From Syntrophomonadaceae bacterium (lineage in GTDB: Bacteria > Bacillota > PH28-bin88), in assembly GCA_018333865.1 (NCBI GenBank), contig JAGXSE010000066.1, positions 66,919 to 130,918 of the forward strand: DNA of 64,000 nucleotides, written 5' to 3'. Position 1 is the stretch's first letter, and every line of letters starts with the position of its first letter. The notes below the pieces were generated by a model. The model did no database searches. It had not been told where the DNA came from and saw only the letters and a program-made list of their open reading frames with translations. Both the position numbers and the translations under genes were made by a program. Shown one piece after another: positions 28,211 through 38,964 of the stretch.

Positions 28211-28882
28211 CTATCGCCCCAGAAGTGGAAGCAGCGCATCCTGGTAGATGGGGAGGCCGTTGATGCACCGGCAGGCGCGGCAGTCCTGGCAGCGATGGAT
28301 CCCCAGTTCCCTGGCCTGCTGGCACCGGTCCTGGTGATCCCTTCCGTCCAGATAGAGTTGGGCCAGCTTGACAAAAAGATATGGCCCTCCAAAATCTCCC
28401 TTAAAAGTATACTGGGGGCAGGTAGAAACACAGGCCAGGCAGTCGATACAAGCGCTAAGCCGCTGCCTTTCCATAACATCTTTTGCCACATAATCCCTGC
28501 CGCCAGGAGCATCTTCCGGGAGATACAGCTTGTTTTGGCTCAATAAATCCAGCACAGCCTGCCTATCTACCACCAGATCGCGGATCACCGGCAGTTTAGG
28601 CAAAGGCTTGACTGCCATATTCTCCTTTACCTTAATTAAGCAAGCCAGCCCGGGTTTTCCATTGATCTCCATGGCGCAAAGCCCGCAGTGCTTAAAGCGG
28701 CAACTGAAACGAAAAGCCAGGGATGGATCCAAATTTTCTCTGATCCAGATTAGAGCTGCCAGTACGGTTAGCCCCTTTTCCCATGGGACTGTATACTCTT
28801 GCTCAAAGGGATTTTCCCTGTGACCCGGCTGCCGGCGAGTAATTTTCAGGGTAACTTCCCTTAGGCCATTCTCTTCCATCAA
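28211..28882 (-). CDS. Succinate dehydrogenase/fumarate reductase-type iron-sulfur subunit (2Fe-2S plus ferredoxin-like domain)
   Basis: 223 aa. 2Fe-2S CRFKHCGLCAMEINGKPGLAC, then CIDCLACVSTCP and CQDCRACRCINGLP cluster motifs. Confidence 0.7.
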   Translation of the reverse strand: MMEENGLREVTLKITRRQPGHRENPFEQEYTVPWEKGLTVLAALIWIRENLDPSLAFRFSCRFKHCGLCAMEINGKPGLACLIKVKENMAVKPLPKLPVIRDLVVDRQAVLDLLSQNKLYLPEDAPGGRDYVAKDVMERQRLSACIDCLACVSTCPQYTFKGDFGGPYLFVKLAQLYLDGRDHQDRCQQARELGIHRCQDCRACRCINGLPIYQDALLPLLGR

Positions 28883-30557
28883 TTAGCCACCTCCACAAAG
28901 CGAGCCTCTATCTGCCCATTAACCTGATTTGCCACTACATTACCCAGGTATCTGGCATCGGTTGCTGGATAATCCAGGCGAAGATGTGCCCCCCGGCTTT
29001 CTTGGCGAAGCAGGGCGCTTAAAACTACCGCCCTGGCCGTCACCAGCATGTGCTCCAGTTCGATAGCTTCCAACACTTCCAGGTTATATTCCCGACAAGG
29101 ATTAATGGAAAGATTTTTACTTTTGCTTTCCAAGAAAGATATACAGTCTAACCCACTCCTTAGGCTTTGGGCAGTCCGGCCTGGACCGGCCAGCTCCAAC
29201 ATCGCCTGCTGCAGCTCTTGCTGAAGCTTAAGCGGGCTGTAGGCACCGCCTCTGCCCTGCAAGCCTGCCAGCCCTTTTATTATTTCTTCTCCATTCTCCG
29301 GCAGGTTTATCTCTCCTGTCTCACCCGCATAACCGGCAGCCGACTCCCCGGCAATCCGGCCAAAAACGAACAGTTCTGTCAAAGAAACAGAACCCAGTCG
29401 GTTGGCGCCGTGAACACCGCCCTGGCTTTGCCCGGCGGCATAAAGTCCCTTAATTCTGCTTTCGCAGTGGTGGTTAACCTTGACCCCGCCCATAAAATAG
29501 TGGGCTGTGGGTGCAACCTCCCAGGGTTCTTCCCAGCGATACGCCTGTTCTCCGTAGGCTAATCGAACAGCCTCCAGCTGGCCCCTCTCTTTCATACTAG
29601 ACCAGGCCTGCCGGCCTTTTTCTGTTTTCAAATTACCCGAAAGATCTAAAAAGAGCCCGCCCTTTTCAGTACCTCGTCCCTGAACCAGCGCCTCCACCAT
29701 CGCCCGGGTGACCTGAGCTCTGGTCATCGTATTGATTTCTTTCAAGACTAACTGGCCGGATTTATCTAACAGCACCCCATCCGGACCTGCCAAATTTGGT
29801 TCCCCTAAAAAAATGCCGCGCATAGATGCAGGATGCGTCAGTGCGAAGGGTACAAACTGAACCTGTTCCATGTCCATCAGTTCAGCACCCGCCCTTAAAG
29901 CCAGGGAGTACGCATCACCGGTTGTTCCCCGGCTGCAGTCGGTTTGGGGGTAATAAAGCCACCCCCCGCCTCCGGCGGCAAGAATAACAGCCTTGCTTTT
30001 TATTGTGATAACTTCTCCGGTTGGGAGGGAAAAACAGGCCACACCTGCAATCCGCCCTTGATTGACTAGCAATCTATAAGCTATGGTTTCCTCCAATACG
30101 GATACCCCGGCTCTGGCCAGAGCGGCCCTTAAAGCTCCGCCGATGGCCACCCCCTTTCCCGGAGGAGTAACTCCCCTGGCAAAAGAGTGTCCGCCAGCAC
30201 GGGAAATTACCGCCGGGCCAAAGGTGCCGTTTGCATCCCGCCGGAAAAGACAGCCGAAATTTTCTAGCATTTCTACAGCGACATGGGCTTCGTTGACTAT
30301 CACCCTGGCCAGATCACGGTCGTTAATATGCTCTCCTCCATCGAGCAGGTCCTCATAAAAGATATCCGGAGTGTCATCCGGCACCAGATAAGGATAAGCG
30401 GTTGCTCCAACAGCCAGCCTGGTATCGCCATAGCCGACCGGTTCTTTGCTGATCAAGAGTACATTGGCCTTCTTCGCTGCTGTTACCGCCGCCGCTACCG
30501 CAGCGCCTCCCCCGCCGATACAGACCACATCAAAATCCAGCACCTGCACTATCTCAC
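28879..30557 (-). CDS. FAD-binding SdhA/FrdA/NadB-family flavoprotein subunit (no covalent-FAD His motif seen)
   Basis: N-terminal dinucleotide fold DVVCIGGGGAAVAAA. HYFMGGVKV and GLYAAGQSQGGVHGANRLG motifs. GTG start at about 30557. The ORF-track start at 30708 adds about 50 non-homologous residues. Confidence 0.7.
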
Positions 30558-30688
30558 CGCCTCGAAAATATTCACTGCGAAATAATTTTGAGAGGTTAAA
30601 AAGAAAGAATAGAGTATAATTTAAGGGAGAAACAAGCAATACTTGTTTTGGAGTAGGAACACTATTATGCCTGAGGAGTTGAACCAGG

Positions 30689-31339
30689 GTGATACCGCTA
30701 AAAGACACCCCAAAAACCCGGATTTTTCCCTATGTTAATATCAGCCTGATCTTGTTCAATATCTTTGTCTTCGCATTTCAGTTAATGCTTACTGAAAGAG
30801 GGTTAATGCTTTTCGCCCATACCTACGGCCTGGTGCCTATCCAGGTTGATGCCTCACTGGCCGGGTTAATGCCATTTATAACGTATCAATTCCTGCATGG
30901 CGGGTGGCTGCATATTGGCAGCAACATGCTTTACCTGTGGGTTTTCGGGGATAATATCGAAGACCGGCTGGGCCACGTCAAATACCTGGTTTTCTACTTG
31001 CTGGCCGGAACCCTTGCAGGCTTGGCCCAAGTCCTGGCCGATCCTGCCAGCCAGACGCCCATTATTGGCGCCAGCGGGGCAGTGGCCGGGGTGCTGGGGG
31101 CTTACCTGATCAGCTGTCCCCGGGCCAGGGTGATTGCTTTGGTTCCGATTTTTTTCTTATTTACCATAGCGGAAGTCCCGGCGATTATTTTTCTCGGTCT
31201 GTGGTTTGTTTTGCAAGTATTTTCCGGAGTTGCGTCGATCGGCATGAATATAACCGTAGCCTGGTGGGCCCATATCGGCGGATTTATTGCCGGGCTGGCA
31301 CTGGTGGGCCTGTTTGGCAAGCGGATTAAATGCCAGTAG
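30689..31339 (+). CDS. Rhomboid-family intramembrane serine protease
   Basis: 216 aa with 6 TM helices. GASGAVAG (catalytic Ser) and AHIGGFIAG (His). Confidence 0.8.
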   Translation: MIPLKDTPKTRIFPYVNISLILFNIFVFAFQLMLTERGLMLFAHTYGLVPIQVDASLAGLMPFITYQFLHGGWLHIGSNMLYLWVFGDNIEDRLGHVKYLVFYLLAGTLAGLAQVLADPASQTPIIGASGAVAGVLGAYLISCPRARVIALVPIFFLFTIAEVPAIIFLGLWFVLQVFSGVASIGMNITVAWWAHIGGFIAGLALVGLFGKRIKCQ

Positions 31340-31814
31340 CAACTGTCATAAAGAAGTGGATGATCATCACGACAGCAATCCCCAGCTTAATCAGGCTTCC
31401 CCCCAAGAAACCGATCAGGGTGCCAAAACCTACCCGCACCGCTAGTTCCGGCGATGTTCCCCGCAGAATTTCACCCAGGACTGCTCCCAAAAATGGGCCG
31501 AGGATGGCACCAAAAGGCCCCAGCAACATTATTCCAAACAAGGTGCCTAACACCGCGCCCCAGGTGGCGGCCCGGCTGCCGCCAAACCGCTTGGCACCGA
31601 TCACTACTGCCAGGTAGTCTACCAGGAAGGTCACTCCCACAGCTAAACCCTGCCAGACAAAAAACAAGACATCTAGCCTGGCAAAGCCGGTGAGGAAACC
31701 ATAAAGGAGCATCCCAGCATAGATCAGGATAACCCCTGGCAATGCCGGCAGAAAAATGCCGGCCATACCGATGATAAAAAGCAGAATCGCCAGTCCCAGC
31801 GCCAAAGCATCCAT
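31326..31814 (-). CDS. DUF456-family membrane protein
   Basis: The GIFLPALPGVILIYAG signature. Start at MDALALG (31814) after AGGAGG. Confidence 0.6.
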   Translation of the reverse strand: MDALALGLAILLFIIGMAGIFLPALPGVILIYAGMLLYGFLTGFARLDVLFFVWQGLAVGVTFLVDYLAVVIGAKRFGGSRAATWGAVLGTLFGIMLLGPFGAILGPFLGAVLGEILRGTSPELAVRVGFGTLIGFLGGSLIKLGIAVVMIIHFFMTVATGI

Positions 31815-31956
31815 CGTTTTACCTCCTATCACTTACTAGAGGGGTACGGCACAGGGAATATGGTAAAAATGGGCGAAACCACGGCTGTTCCAGTTGACTA
31901 CGAGAAAAAGGTTTTAGCCAGCCGCCCGAACAGAAACAGCCTGTCTGTTTTTACAC

Positions 31957-33807
31957 CTAATCCAGGGCCCTGGCCAGGATCTGATAGAGACGTTCGACCA
32001 TGCCCTTGGGGTCTACGATTAACCCGGCAGAAATCTGAGCATTGATCAAAATTTGTTCTGCCGCAATACCGGCAAAGGGATCGCCATTTTGGCGCAGCTC
32101 ATTAATCCGTTTGACAACCTGGTGTCTGGTGTTTATTTCCAATACACCGGAATCCTGGGGGCTAAAGTCTTTTTTGACCAGCTGCATCCATCGTTGCAGG
32201 CTGTATGTTCCTTCTTGGCTCAAAACTATGGCTGGGGTACGGACCAGGCGTTTGGAAGGACGCACATCTACCACTTTTTCTCCCAAAACCTCTTTCAGCC
32301 ACTGGGATAGAGCGGTTGCCTCGGCCTCCGCCAAGGCTTCCTCGCCATTTGCTTGCCCTGCCCCCGGTGGTAGCTCCAAGTCGGCCTGATCGGCTGAAAC
32401 GGTTTTCTTTCCTTGGAACTGGCCCAAGAGACTTAAAATATAGTCATCCACCGCTTCACGGGTATAAAGGACTTCCAAGTTGTGCTCCTGGAAGATCTCG
32501 AGGTAAGGACCAGCCTCAATGACCTCTCTGGCCGGGCCGTTTAAGTAGTATATAAATTCTTGCTCTGGCTGCATCCTGTCCACATATTCTTTTAAAGATA
32601 CCAGTTGGCCAGGTTCCCCTTTAGAAGATTCAAACCGCAATAGTTTTACCAGATCGTCCTGATGGGTAAAATCGCTGGCTGCCCCCTCTTTGATAAAGAA
32701 GCCGAACTTCTCCCAGAACTCTTTATACTTCTCCGGCTCAGTCCTGGCCTGCTCCTCAAGGAATTTCAGAAAACGCCCGGTAATTACCTTCCGCAGCCTG
32801 GCAATCAGAGCGCTGTCCTGCATGGTTTCCCTGGAAATATTTAGGGGCAGCTCCTCGCTGTCAACAACTCCCCGCAAAAAGCGCAGCCACTCTGGCAAAA
32901 TATCCTTGGCTTTTTCCTGAATCAACACCTTTTTGCAGTAAAGGCTTGTCCCGGGGTCCAGGCGGCCAAAGCCGTGGCGCTCCAAATTATCCTTGGGCAC
33001 AAACAAGAGGGCATTGATCGCCAACGGTGCATCAGAGGAGAAGTGCAGCCTGAACATCGGATCATCATAAGCAGTAGCTATAAACTTGTAAAACTCATTG
33101 TATTCTGTTTCACTGATTTCGCTTTTATTTTTGGTCCACAGGGCCTGGATGGTATTTGCTTTCTGGCCGTTGACCAGGATTGGATAAGGGACGAAACTGG
33201 AATACTGTTTAATTATCCGTTTTACAGTTTCTTCCCGGGCAAATTCCTGGGCCGCATCTTTTAATTTAAGCACAATTTTTGTGCCCCGCGGTAAATTCAT
33301 CCCTTCACTGATATTGTAGCTGCCAAAACCTTCCGAAGTCCAGATCCAGCCTGGTTCATCCCCTTTATAGGAACGGGTGTAAACGGTAACATTTTTTGCC
33401 ACCATAAAGGCAGAATAAAAGCCTACGCCAAACTGACCAATGAGATGGAAGTCTTTTTGATCCCCCGCAGCCAAACGCTTGATAAACTCCCTGGAACCAG
33501 AATGGGCGATGGTCCCCAGGTTTTCTACCAGTTCCGCTTCGGTCATGCCGATTCCGGTATCACTGATGGTTAAAGTATGGGCAATATTGTCTGTGGCGAT
33601 GTTAATCTCCAAGGGCAAGCCGGCATCCTCCACTTCCTGGCCTGTCACCTGCAGGTAGCGCAGTTTTTCCATGGCGTCGGCAGCATTGGATATTAACTCC
33701 CGCAAAAAGATCTCCCGGTCAGTGTAAAGAGAGTTTACAACTATGTCCAGTAACTGCCTCACTTCCGCTTGAAATTCCCTGGTCTGTCCGCTGATACTGT
33801 TGTCCAT
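31957..33807 (-). CDS. htpG: Molecular chaperone HtpG (Hsp90)
   Basis: 616 aa. The N-terminal GHKL ATPase signature (REIFLRELISNAADA, IGQFGVGFYSAFMVA). Confidence 0.92.
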   Translation of the reverse strand: MDNSISGQTREFQAEVRQLLDIVVNSLYTDREIFLRELISNAADAMEKLRYLQVTGQEVEDAGLPLEINIATDNIAHTLTISDTGIGMTEAELVENLGTIAHSGSREFIKRLAAGDQKDFHLIGQFGVGFYSAFMVAKNVTVYTRSYKGDEPGWIWTSEGFGSYNISEGMNLPRGTKIVLKLKDAAQEFAREETVKRIIKQYSSFVPYPILVNGQKANTIQALWTKNKSEISETEYNEFYKFIATAYDDPMFRLHFSSDAPLAINALLFVPKDNLERHGFGRLDPGTSLYCKKVLIQEKAKDILPEWLRFLRGVVDSEELPLNISRETMQDSALIARLRKVITGRFLKFLEEQARTEPEKYKEFWEKFGFFIKEGAASDFTHQDDLVKLLRFESSKGEPGQLVSLKEYVDRMQPEQEFIYYLNGPAREVIEAGPYLEIFQEHNLEVLYTREAVDDYILSLLGQFQGKKTVSADQADLELPPGAGQANGEEALAEAEATALSQWLKEVLGEKVVDVRPSKRLVRTPAIVLSQEGTYSLQRWMQLVKKDFSPQDSGVLEINTRHQVVKRINELRQNGDPFAGIAAEQILINAQISAGLIVDPKGMVERLYQILARALD

Positions 33808-33844
33808 CTCCCTACCTCCTCACCAAATTGCTAAATAGTTGTAT

Positions 33845-33872
33845 AACGCTACTAACATAAATTATGATAGAA
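33845..33872 (-). promoter_or_regulatory. Putative sigma-A promoter of htpG
   Basis: On the minus strand, TTGACA (complement at 33867-33872), a 17 nt spacer, then TATCAT (complement at 33845-33850). It lies about 40 nt upstream of the htpG start. Confidence 0.4.
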
Positions 33873-33937
33873 ATGTCTGCCTCTGCTGTCAAGAGAAGGC
33901 CATTTCTCTATTTAAAATGGTGTAAATCAATATGATT

Positions 33938-34861
33938 TTAGTTACCAACAAAAAGCTCTGTTGATAAGTAACGCTCTCCGGTATCAGGCAGGACGACCAC
34001 AATCCTCTTGCCCTGGTTCTCCGGCAGCCGGGCAAGTTCTAATGCGGCATAGGCGGCTGCGCCTGCCGAAATTCCCACCAAGAGACCTTCTTTTTGCGCC
34101 AACCTGCGGGCAGTTTCGTAGGCTGCAGGGGTCTTGACCTGTATTATTTCATCGATCAGAGATGTGTCCAAGATTATAGGAACAAACCCGGCCCCGATGC
34201 CCTGAATTTTGTGAGGAGCCGCTTGGCCGCCGCTCAACACCGGCGAGTCTGCGGGTTCCACCGCAATCAGCTTTACATGGGGCAGCCTTTCTCTCACATA
34301 TTGGCCTACCCCAGTGATGGTGCCGCCTGTCCCGACACCGGATACGAAAATATCAAAGTTCCCCCCGGTATCTTCCATTATCTCGACAGCAGTGGTTTTC
34401 AGGTGGATTTCGGGATTAGCTTCATTCTCGAACTGCTGCAGCATCAGTGCATTTTTGTTTTCCCTGACCAACTCTGCCGCCTTTTCGATGGCCCCGCGCA
34501 TCCCTTTCTCGCCCGGAGTTAAGATCAGTTCGGCCCCATAAGCTTTCAGCAAATTGCGCCGCTCCATACTCATAGTTTCAGGCATTGTCAAGACCAATTT
34601 ATAGCCTTTGGCTGCGGCAACCATCGCCAGCCCCACCCCCGTATTGCCGCTGGTAGGCTCTACCAGTAAAGTATTTTTGCTCAGCAAACCTTGTTGCTCT
34701 GCCCTTTCAATCATATTGACGGCAATCCTGTCTTTAACACTGCCCCCGGGATTGAAATACTCTATTTTTGCAATTACCTCAGCTCCAAGTCCCCGGGCCA
34801 GGTTGTTCAGCCTTATTAGCGGTGTACGGCCAATCAATTCTGTAATGCTGTTGTAGATCAT
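33938..34861 (-). CDS. cysK: Cysteine synthase A (O-acetylserine sulfhydrylase)
   Basis: 307 aa. Classic [11 protein letters not shown], the PLP-lysine SVKDR and GTGGT motifs. Confidence 0.9.
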   Translation of the reverse strand: MIYNSITELIGRTPLIRLNNLARGLGAEVIAKIEYFNPGGSVKDRIAVNMIERAEQQGLLSKNTLLVEPTSGNTGVGLAMVAAAKGYKLVLTMPETMSMERRNLLKAYGAELILTPGEKGMRGAIEKAAELVRENKNALMLQQFENEANPEIHLKTTAVEIMEDTGGNFDIFVSGVGTGGTITGVGQYVRERLPHVKLIAVEPADSPVLSGGQAAPHKIQGIGAGFVPIILDTSLIDEIIQVKTPAAYETARRLAQKEGLLVGISAGAAAYAALELARLPENQGKRIVVVLPDTGERYLSTELFVGN

Positions 34862-35000
34862 AATCTCCCTCTATTCCCTATTATTCCTATCGGTTTATAT
34901 TATATAAAACAAGGAAGCGAAATTCAATATTCTATGCCAGACATCAGCCACTAAATATATATAATTTATGGTTTACCTTCTTCGGGTACAGTGATGGTTT

Positions 35001-36470
35001 TCATTGCAGCCATTCTGCTACTGCCTGCCAGAAGGAGCCATCCTCATATCCCAACCTCCAGATCCCAACGCCCATTAACCCGTATTTGTTGACCAGATCC
35101 AACTTTAAGCGGGCCGAATCAGCGTTTTCATACCAGACCTCATGCTTCACCCCGTCTTTATGGTAGTAAAAATAAGGCACTCCATAGGTATTATGCCACT
35201 TTGGTTCAATGCTGTACTTATTGATCAGGTTTTGGACAGAACGATAAGTTACAACTCTGGTTTTGGAATAAGACCAGTCATAGCCGTAAGTTGCGATCCC
35301 CAACAAAATTTTTTCCGGGGGGATTAAACTAACGGCATACTTGATCACTTTTTCCACCCAGGGAAGGGAAGCAACCGGACCGGGCTTACCGCCAAACCAG
35401 TGCTCGTCATAGGTCATGATCTGGACCCAGTCCGCATATCTTCCGATCGCAGCATAATCAAAGGCTCCAGACCAACGATTTTTTTGATCATCCCAGGTTT
35501 TAGCCGGAATCGAAACCGTTGTCAAATACCCCAAAGGCTCTAACGTTTCTTTGAATTCCCGCACCAAAGCGGTGTAATGATGCCGGTCTGCTGGAGGAAC
35601 ATTTTCGATATCGATGTTAACTCCTTGATAACCCTCTTTTTGCAAAAGACTGACCATATTTTTTATTAAACGCTGCCTATTAGCTCTGCTGGACAAGAGG
35701 CTGTGGGCATCCTCTTTATTGAAGCCCCCGTCCCGGTAGTTATGGATTAAGGCAAGGGGAATAATGCCGTTATCCAAAGCCACCTTCACCCCATTTCTGG
35801 GTGTGGTGTCAACTATGTTGCCGTTCCCGTCAACCAGTACGGTAAAAGTGGCAATACTGTCAATCAGGTCAGCGTTTTTTTCGAGGGAACTGTAGGAACG
35901 GATATCCCTCGGGTAATCTACGGTGTAATAGCCCAGCACATGGCGTTTGCTGCCAGGCTTTAATATGGGCTCCGGTTTGGGCTTGGGCTCCGGCCTGGGC
36001 ACCGGCCTGGGCTCCGGCCTGGGCACCGGCTTGGGCTCCGGCCTGGGCACCGGCTTGGGCTCCGGCTTAGGCTCCGGGGCCGGCTTTGGCACCACTGGTT
36101 CCAAAGAGGGGTCAGGGGCCGGCTCAATTGGCGGGGAAGAACCAGGCTCTGGCTCAGTGACCCCGGCGGGCGGCTGGCGCAGCTTAGCAATAACTTCAAA
36201 ATCGGCTTTCTTGACAACACCGTCAACGGGCAGATTATTTGCTCTTTGGAAATTAGCTACAAGCTTTCTGGTTGTATTGTCAAAATAGCCCGAGACACGG
36301 TTTGTCAATAAGCCATAATCAATCAAAAAAGCCTGCAGCTCTTTGACGTCCTCTCCAGCCATGCCTACTGAGAGGTTGCGGCTCCCAAAAGCATTGTCGG
36401 CAGAGGCAGGGATACTCAGTATAAGCAATAACAAAAAAAATACATAGATCAGGGCTATAACCCTACTCAA
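35001..36470 (-). CDS. Secreted peptidoglycan-binding-domain protein with a Pro-rich linker and a C-terminal GH18-like (YaaH/YdhD-type) domain
   Basis: Signal peptide, then PG_binding_1 (DVKELQAFLIDYGLL..NNLPVDGVV), (PEPKPVPR)n repeats, and a GH18-like GVNIDIEN motif. TTG start at 36470 follows GGAGGAGG. Confidence 0.65.
   Translation of the reverse strand: MSRVIALIYVFFLLLLILSIPASADNAFGSRNLSVGMAGEDVKELQAFLIDYGLLTNRVSGYFDNTTRKLVANFQRANNLPVDGVVKKADFEVIAKLRQPPAGVTEPEPGSSPPIEPAPDPSLEPVVPKPAPEPKPEPKPVPRPEPKPVPRPEPRPVPRPEPKPKPEPILKPGSKRHVLGYYTVDYPRDIRSYSSLEKNADLIDSIATFTVLVDGNGNIVDTTPRNGVKVALDNGIIPLALIHNYRDGGFNKEDAHSLLSSRANRQRLIKNMVSLLQKEGYQGVNIDIENVPPADRHHYTALVREFKETLEPLGYLTTVSIPAKTWDDQKNRWSGAFDYAAIGRYADWVQIMTYDEHWFGGKPGPVASLPWVEKVIKYAVSLIPPEKILLGIATYGYDWSYSKTRVVTYRSVQNLINKYSIEPKWHNTYGVPYFYYHKDGVKHEVWYENADSARLKLDLVNKYGLMGVGIWRLGYEDGSFWQAVAEWLQ
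35977..36080. repeat. 18-bp coding tandem repeat (GGCTCCGGCCTGGGCACC)n encoding the PEPKPVPR linker
   Basis: At least 5 near-identical tandem units are visible. Confidence 0.7.
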
Positions 36471-36739
36471 ATTATCCTCCTCCAATCTTAACGCGAACAA
36501 GGCGGCCATACACTTGCGCTGAACTTGCTGCCAATGAGATTTTCGACAATCTTCGACAATATCCTCCGGCCGGTGCCTTATTGCCCTCTGCAATTTCTGG
36601 TAAAAAAGCTTTCGGAACAGGCAGTCGGATTTTTCCAAGAGTTTGTCTGTACTCCCTCGTGCCAAGGCAGCAATGTACTATTGTTCTTAGTAAAATTTTA
36701 ATCTATAATATTTTCAATGAACGATGGGAGGTGGCCTTC

Positions 36740-37180
36740 GTGAAGTTCAGACTGCCTGTTGTGTTTCAGCCGGGGAAGCAGGGGCTATGCAAAGTGCTTG
36801 GGGCATTGGAAAGTGAAATTATGGAGATAATCTGGAGCAAGAGCAGCGAGGTTTGTGTGCGCGATGTTTATGAAGTGCTGGCAAGCCGCCGGGAGATTGC
36901 TTACACCACAGTCATGACGATTATGGGCAGGTTGTCAGACAAAAATCTGCTGCAAAAGCGCAAGGAAGGCAACACTTTTTATTTTAAACCGGCTGTATCA
37001 CGGGAAGAATTTACGGAAAAAGTGGTAGGTAGCGTCCTTGACGCCTTGCTAGACGATTTTGCCGCAGCCACAATGGCCCACCTGACCAGCCGCGTCACTG
37101 CCCGCGATCTGGAGACAATCGCCAAACTGGAAAAGCTGGTGGTGGCGGTAAAAGACGGTGAAAACAATGTTTCCAGGTGA
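36740..37180 (+). CDS. BlaI/MecI/CopY-family transcriptional repressor
   Basis: Winged-helix N-terminus LGALESEIMEIIWSKSSEVCVRDVYEVL....YTTVMTIMGRL. GTG start at 36740 (RBS GGGAGG at 36725-36730); the ORF-track start at 36581 is non-homologous. Confidence 0.7.
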   Translation: MKFRLPVVFQPGKQGLCKVLGALESEIMEIIWSKSSEVCVRDVYEVLASRREIAYTTVMTIMGRLSDKNLLQKRKEGNTFYFKPAVSREEFTEKVVGSVLDALLDDFAAATMAHLTSRVTARDLETIAKLEKLVVAVKDGENNVSR

Positions 37181-38144
37181 TTGGCACTCCTTTTTTATTT
37201 ATGTTTTTTTTGGTTATTTACTGATTTTTCCTGCAGCAATTGCTTATTTACGCCTTTTTGCCGTCAGCGACCCGGGACAGCGGCTGCAGATCTATCGTGT
37301 AGCCCTCTTTACGCCCTTTGCCGGCTTCATCCTGTATCACACTGTGCTGCTCAAGCGCTGCGAGACCGGCATTTTGCCGTCGGGACTGTATCGGCACCTG
37401 TTTGATGCCCTCTGTCATGCCGGATTTCTGGCTTTCAGCTACCTTGGCCCGCTCCTTGTAGCCCTGTTGTTCATTGGCTTGCTAAAAACGGCGGCAGGGG
37501 CCTTTTTCGCTTTCCGCCTGCGCCAACAGGCTGTTACACCACTGCCGGAAGAAAAAGAAAGGATCAACCGGCTCCTGACCAGGCACTGTTTCGCCATGGA
37601 TCTGCCCTGTCCAGAGGTTATTTACAGCCGTAGGGATGATTTTGTCGCCCTGACTGTCGGCGTAACCCGCCCTGCACTGGTTCTTAGCAAGCCGTTGCTG
37701 GCGGAGTTTACCCTTTCTGAGCTCGAGCACATCTTACTCCACGAGTTAGCCCATATCCGCCGCCGGGATGGATTTTGGGGATGGTTGTTGAGCCTCTTGC
37801 GAGATCTGACTTTTTTTAGCCCTTTCAGCAGCCTTTTGTTGGAGCGCTGTCTGCTGGAAAAGGAGCGTCTCTGTGACCAGGAGGCAGTACGCCAGGCAGG
37901 CGGCGATAGTATCGCCTATGCAACAACGCTGCTGAAGGCCTGGCGATTGCTGGCACAGGGGCAGAAAATGAGGAACGCTTTTACCACCGGCTTGACCGGC
38001 CCGCCAAACAGCCTGGAACAAAGGATCAAAGGCCTGCTTCTCAGTGCTGCCGGTAACCAGGGCAAACTGCCAGTTCCGATATTCGTAATTTCGCTGGCAA
38101 CTCTTGTCACTGTAACTTTTTTGTATCTGGGCTATCTTTGCTAA
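37158..38144 (+). CDS. BlaR1-like M56-family membrane metallopeptidase (no extracellular sensor domain)
   Basis: 328 aa with multiple TM helices. HELAHIRRRD is an HExxH zinc motif. Overlaps the repressor gene, the classic BlaI-BlaR1 arrangement. Confidence 0.7.
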   Translation: MKTMFPGDWHSFFIYVFFGYLLIFPAAIAYLRLFAVSDPGQRLQIYRVALFTPFAGFILYHTVLLKRCETGILPSGLYRHLFDALCHAGFLAFSYLGPLLVALLFIGLLKTAAGAFFAFRLRQQAVTPLPEEKERINRLLTRHCFAMDLPCPEVIYSRRDDFVALTVGVTRPALVLSKPLLAEFTLSELEHILLHELAHIRRRDGFWGWLLSLLRDLTFFSPFSSLLLERCLLEKERLCDQEAVRQAGGDSIAYATTLLKAWRLLAQGQKMRNAFTTGLTGPPNSLEQRIKGLLLSAAGNQGKLPVPIFVISLATLVTVTFLYLGYLC

Positions 38145-38332
38145 AAAGCTGCTTTGAATACAGCACGGCTTTTTTCATCCTCCTGATGGGGCCGCCATGG
38201 CGGCAGTCTACCCTAAAGGAAGGATGTTTTTTTTAAAATACTGTTATTTCTGAGCTTGTTTTTTGATCGGCTGGCAGTTATACTAACCTTATCTACTACA
38301 GATATTAGTAATGTGGTTAAGGAGGAGTAACT

Positions 38333-38926
38333 GTGTCTGAGCAGTTTAAGGGGAAAAAAGAGCAGTTCACAGAGCGACCAAAGCTGAATATCCCGTTATT
38401 GCTGGTGTTGTTGGCGGCGACTCTGGCGATTGTTGGCGTAGGGGTAGCATTGCCGGCATTCCTTAAGCCGAACCTGGTCAGTGAGGAGTATTTAGGCGAG
38501 CCGGTGGCTTCCCCGCGGTCTTATGTGGGGAGGGTTGTCTCAATGACCCCCATCAAACCGGTTGTTTCAGAAGGCCAGATTAAATTTCCTTTGGCCATAG
38601 TGGACAAATATCATATCGTTTTCTTTGAGTTGCAGAACGACCAGGGCTTTCAGGTACCCCTAATGGCTTACATTACACCTACAGGACGGCTGTTTGCCGG
38701 CAGCAGTATGTGTGAGCCCTGCCGTGGCCGAACTTTTTCTTTGGCCGGAGAAACCCTGGTTTGTGATACCTGCCGCACCACCTACACGATTGAAGGCCGC
38801 AAATTTATCTCCGGTGCGGCCATCTGTGGCACATACCCGCCGGTAGACATGAACCCGGTTGTCAAAGACGGGATGGTAATCATTGATCAGCAAAAAGTCT
38901 TAAGCTGGCGGATTCGTGCCCTGTAA
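38333..38926 (+). CDS. Membrane-anchored protein with two CxxC pairs (zinc-ribbon-like)
   Basis: 197 aa. N-terminal TM helix. CEPCRG..(x15)..CDTCRT. GTG start after AGGAGG. Confidence 0.5.
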   Translation: MSEQFKGKKEQFTERPKLNIPLLLVLLAATLAIVGVGVALPAFLKPNLVSEEYLGEPVASPRSYVGRVVSMTPIKPVVSEGQIKFPLAIVDKYHIVFFELQNDQGFQVPLMAYITPTGRLFAGSSMCEPCRGRTFSLAGETLVCDTCRTTYTIEGRKFISGAAICGTYPPVDMNPVVKDGMVIIDQQKVLSWRIRAL

Positions 38927-38964
38927 ATCCTAGCCAAAATAATACTGATGGAGGGAAACTAAAG

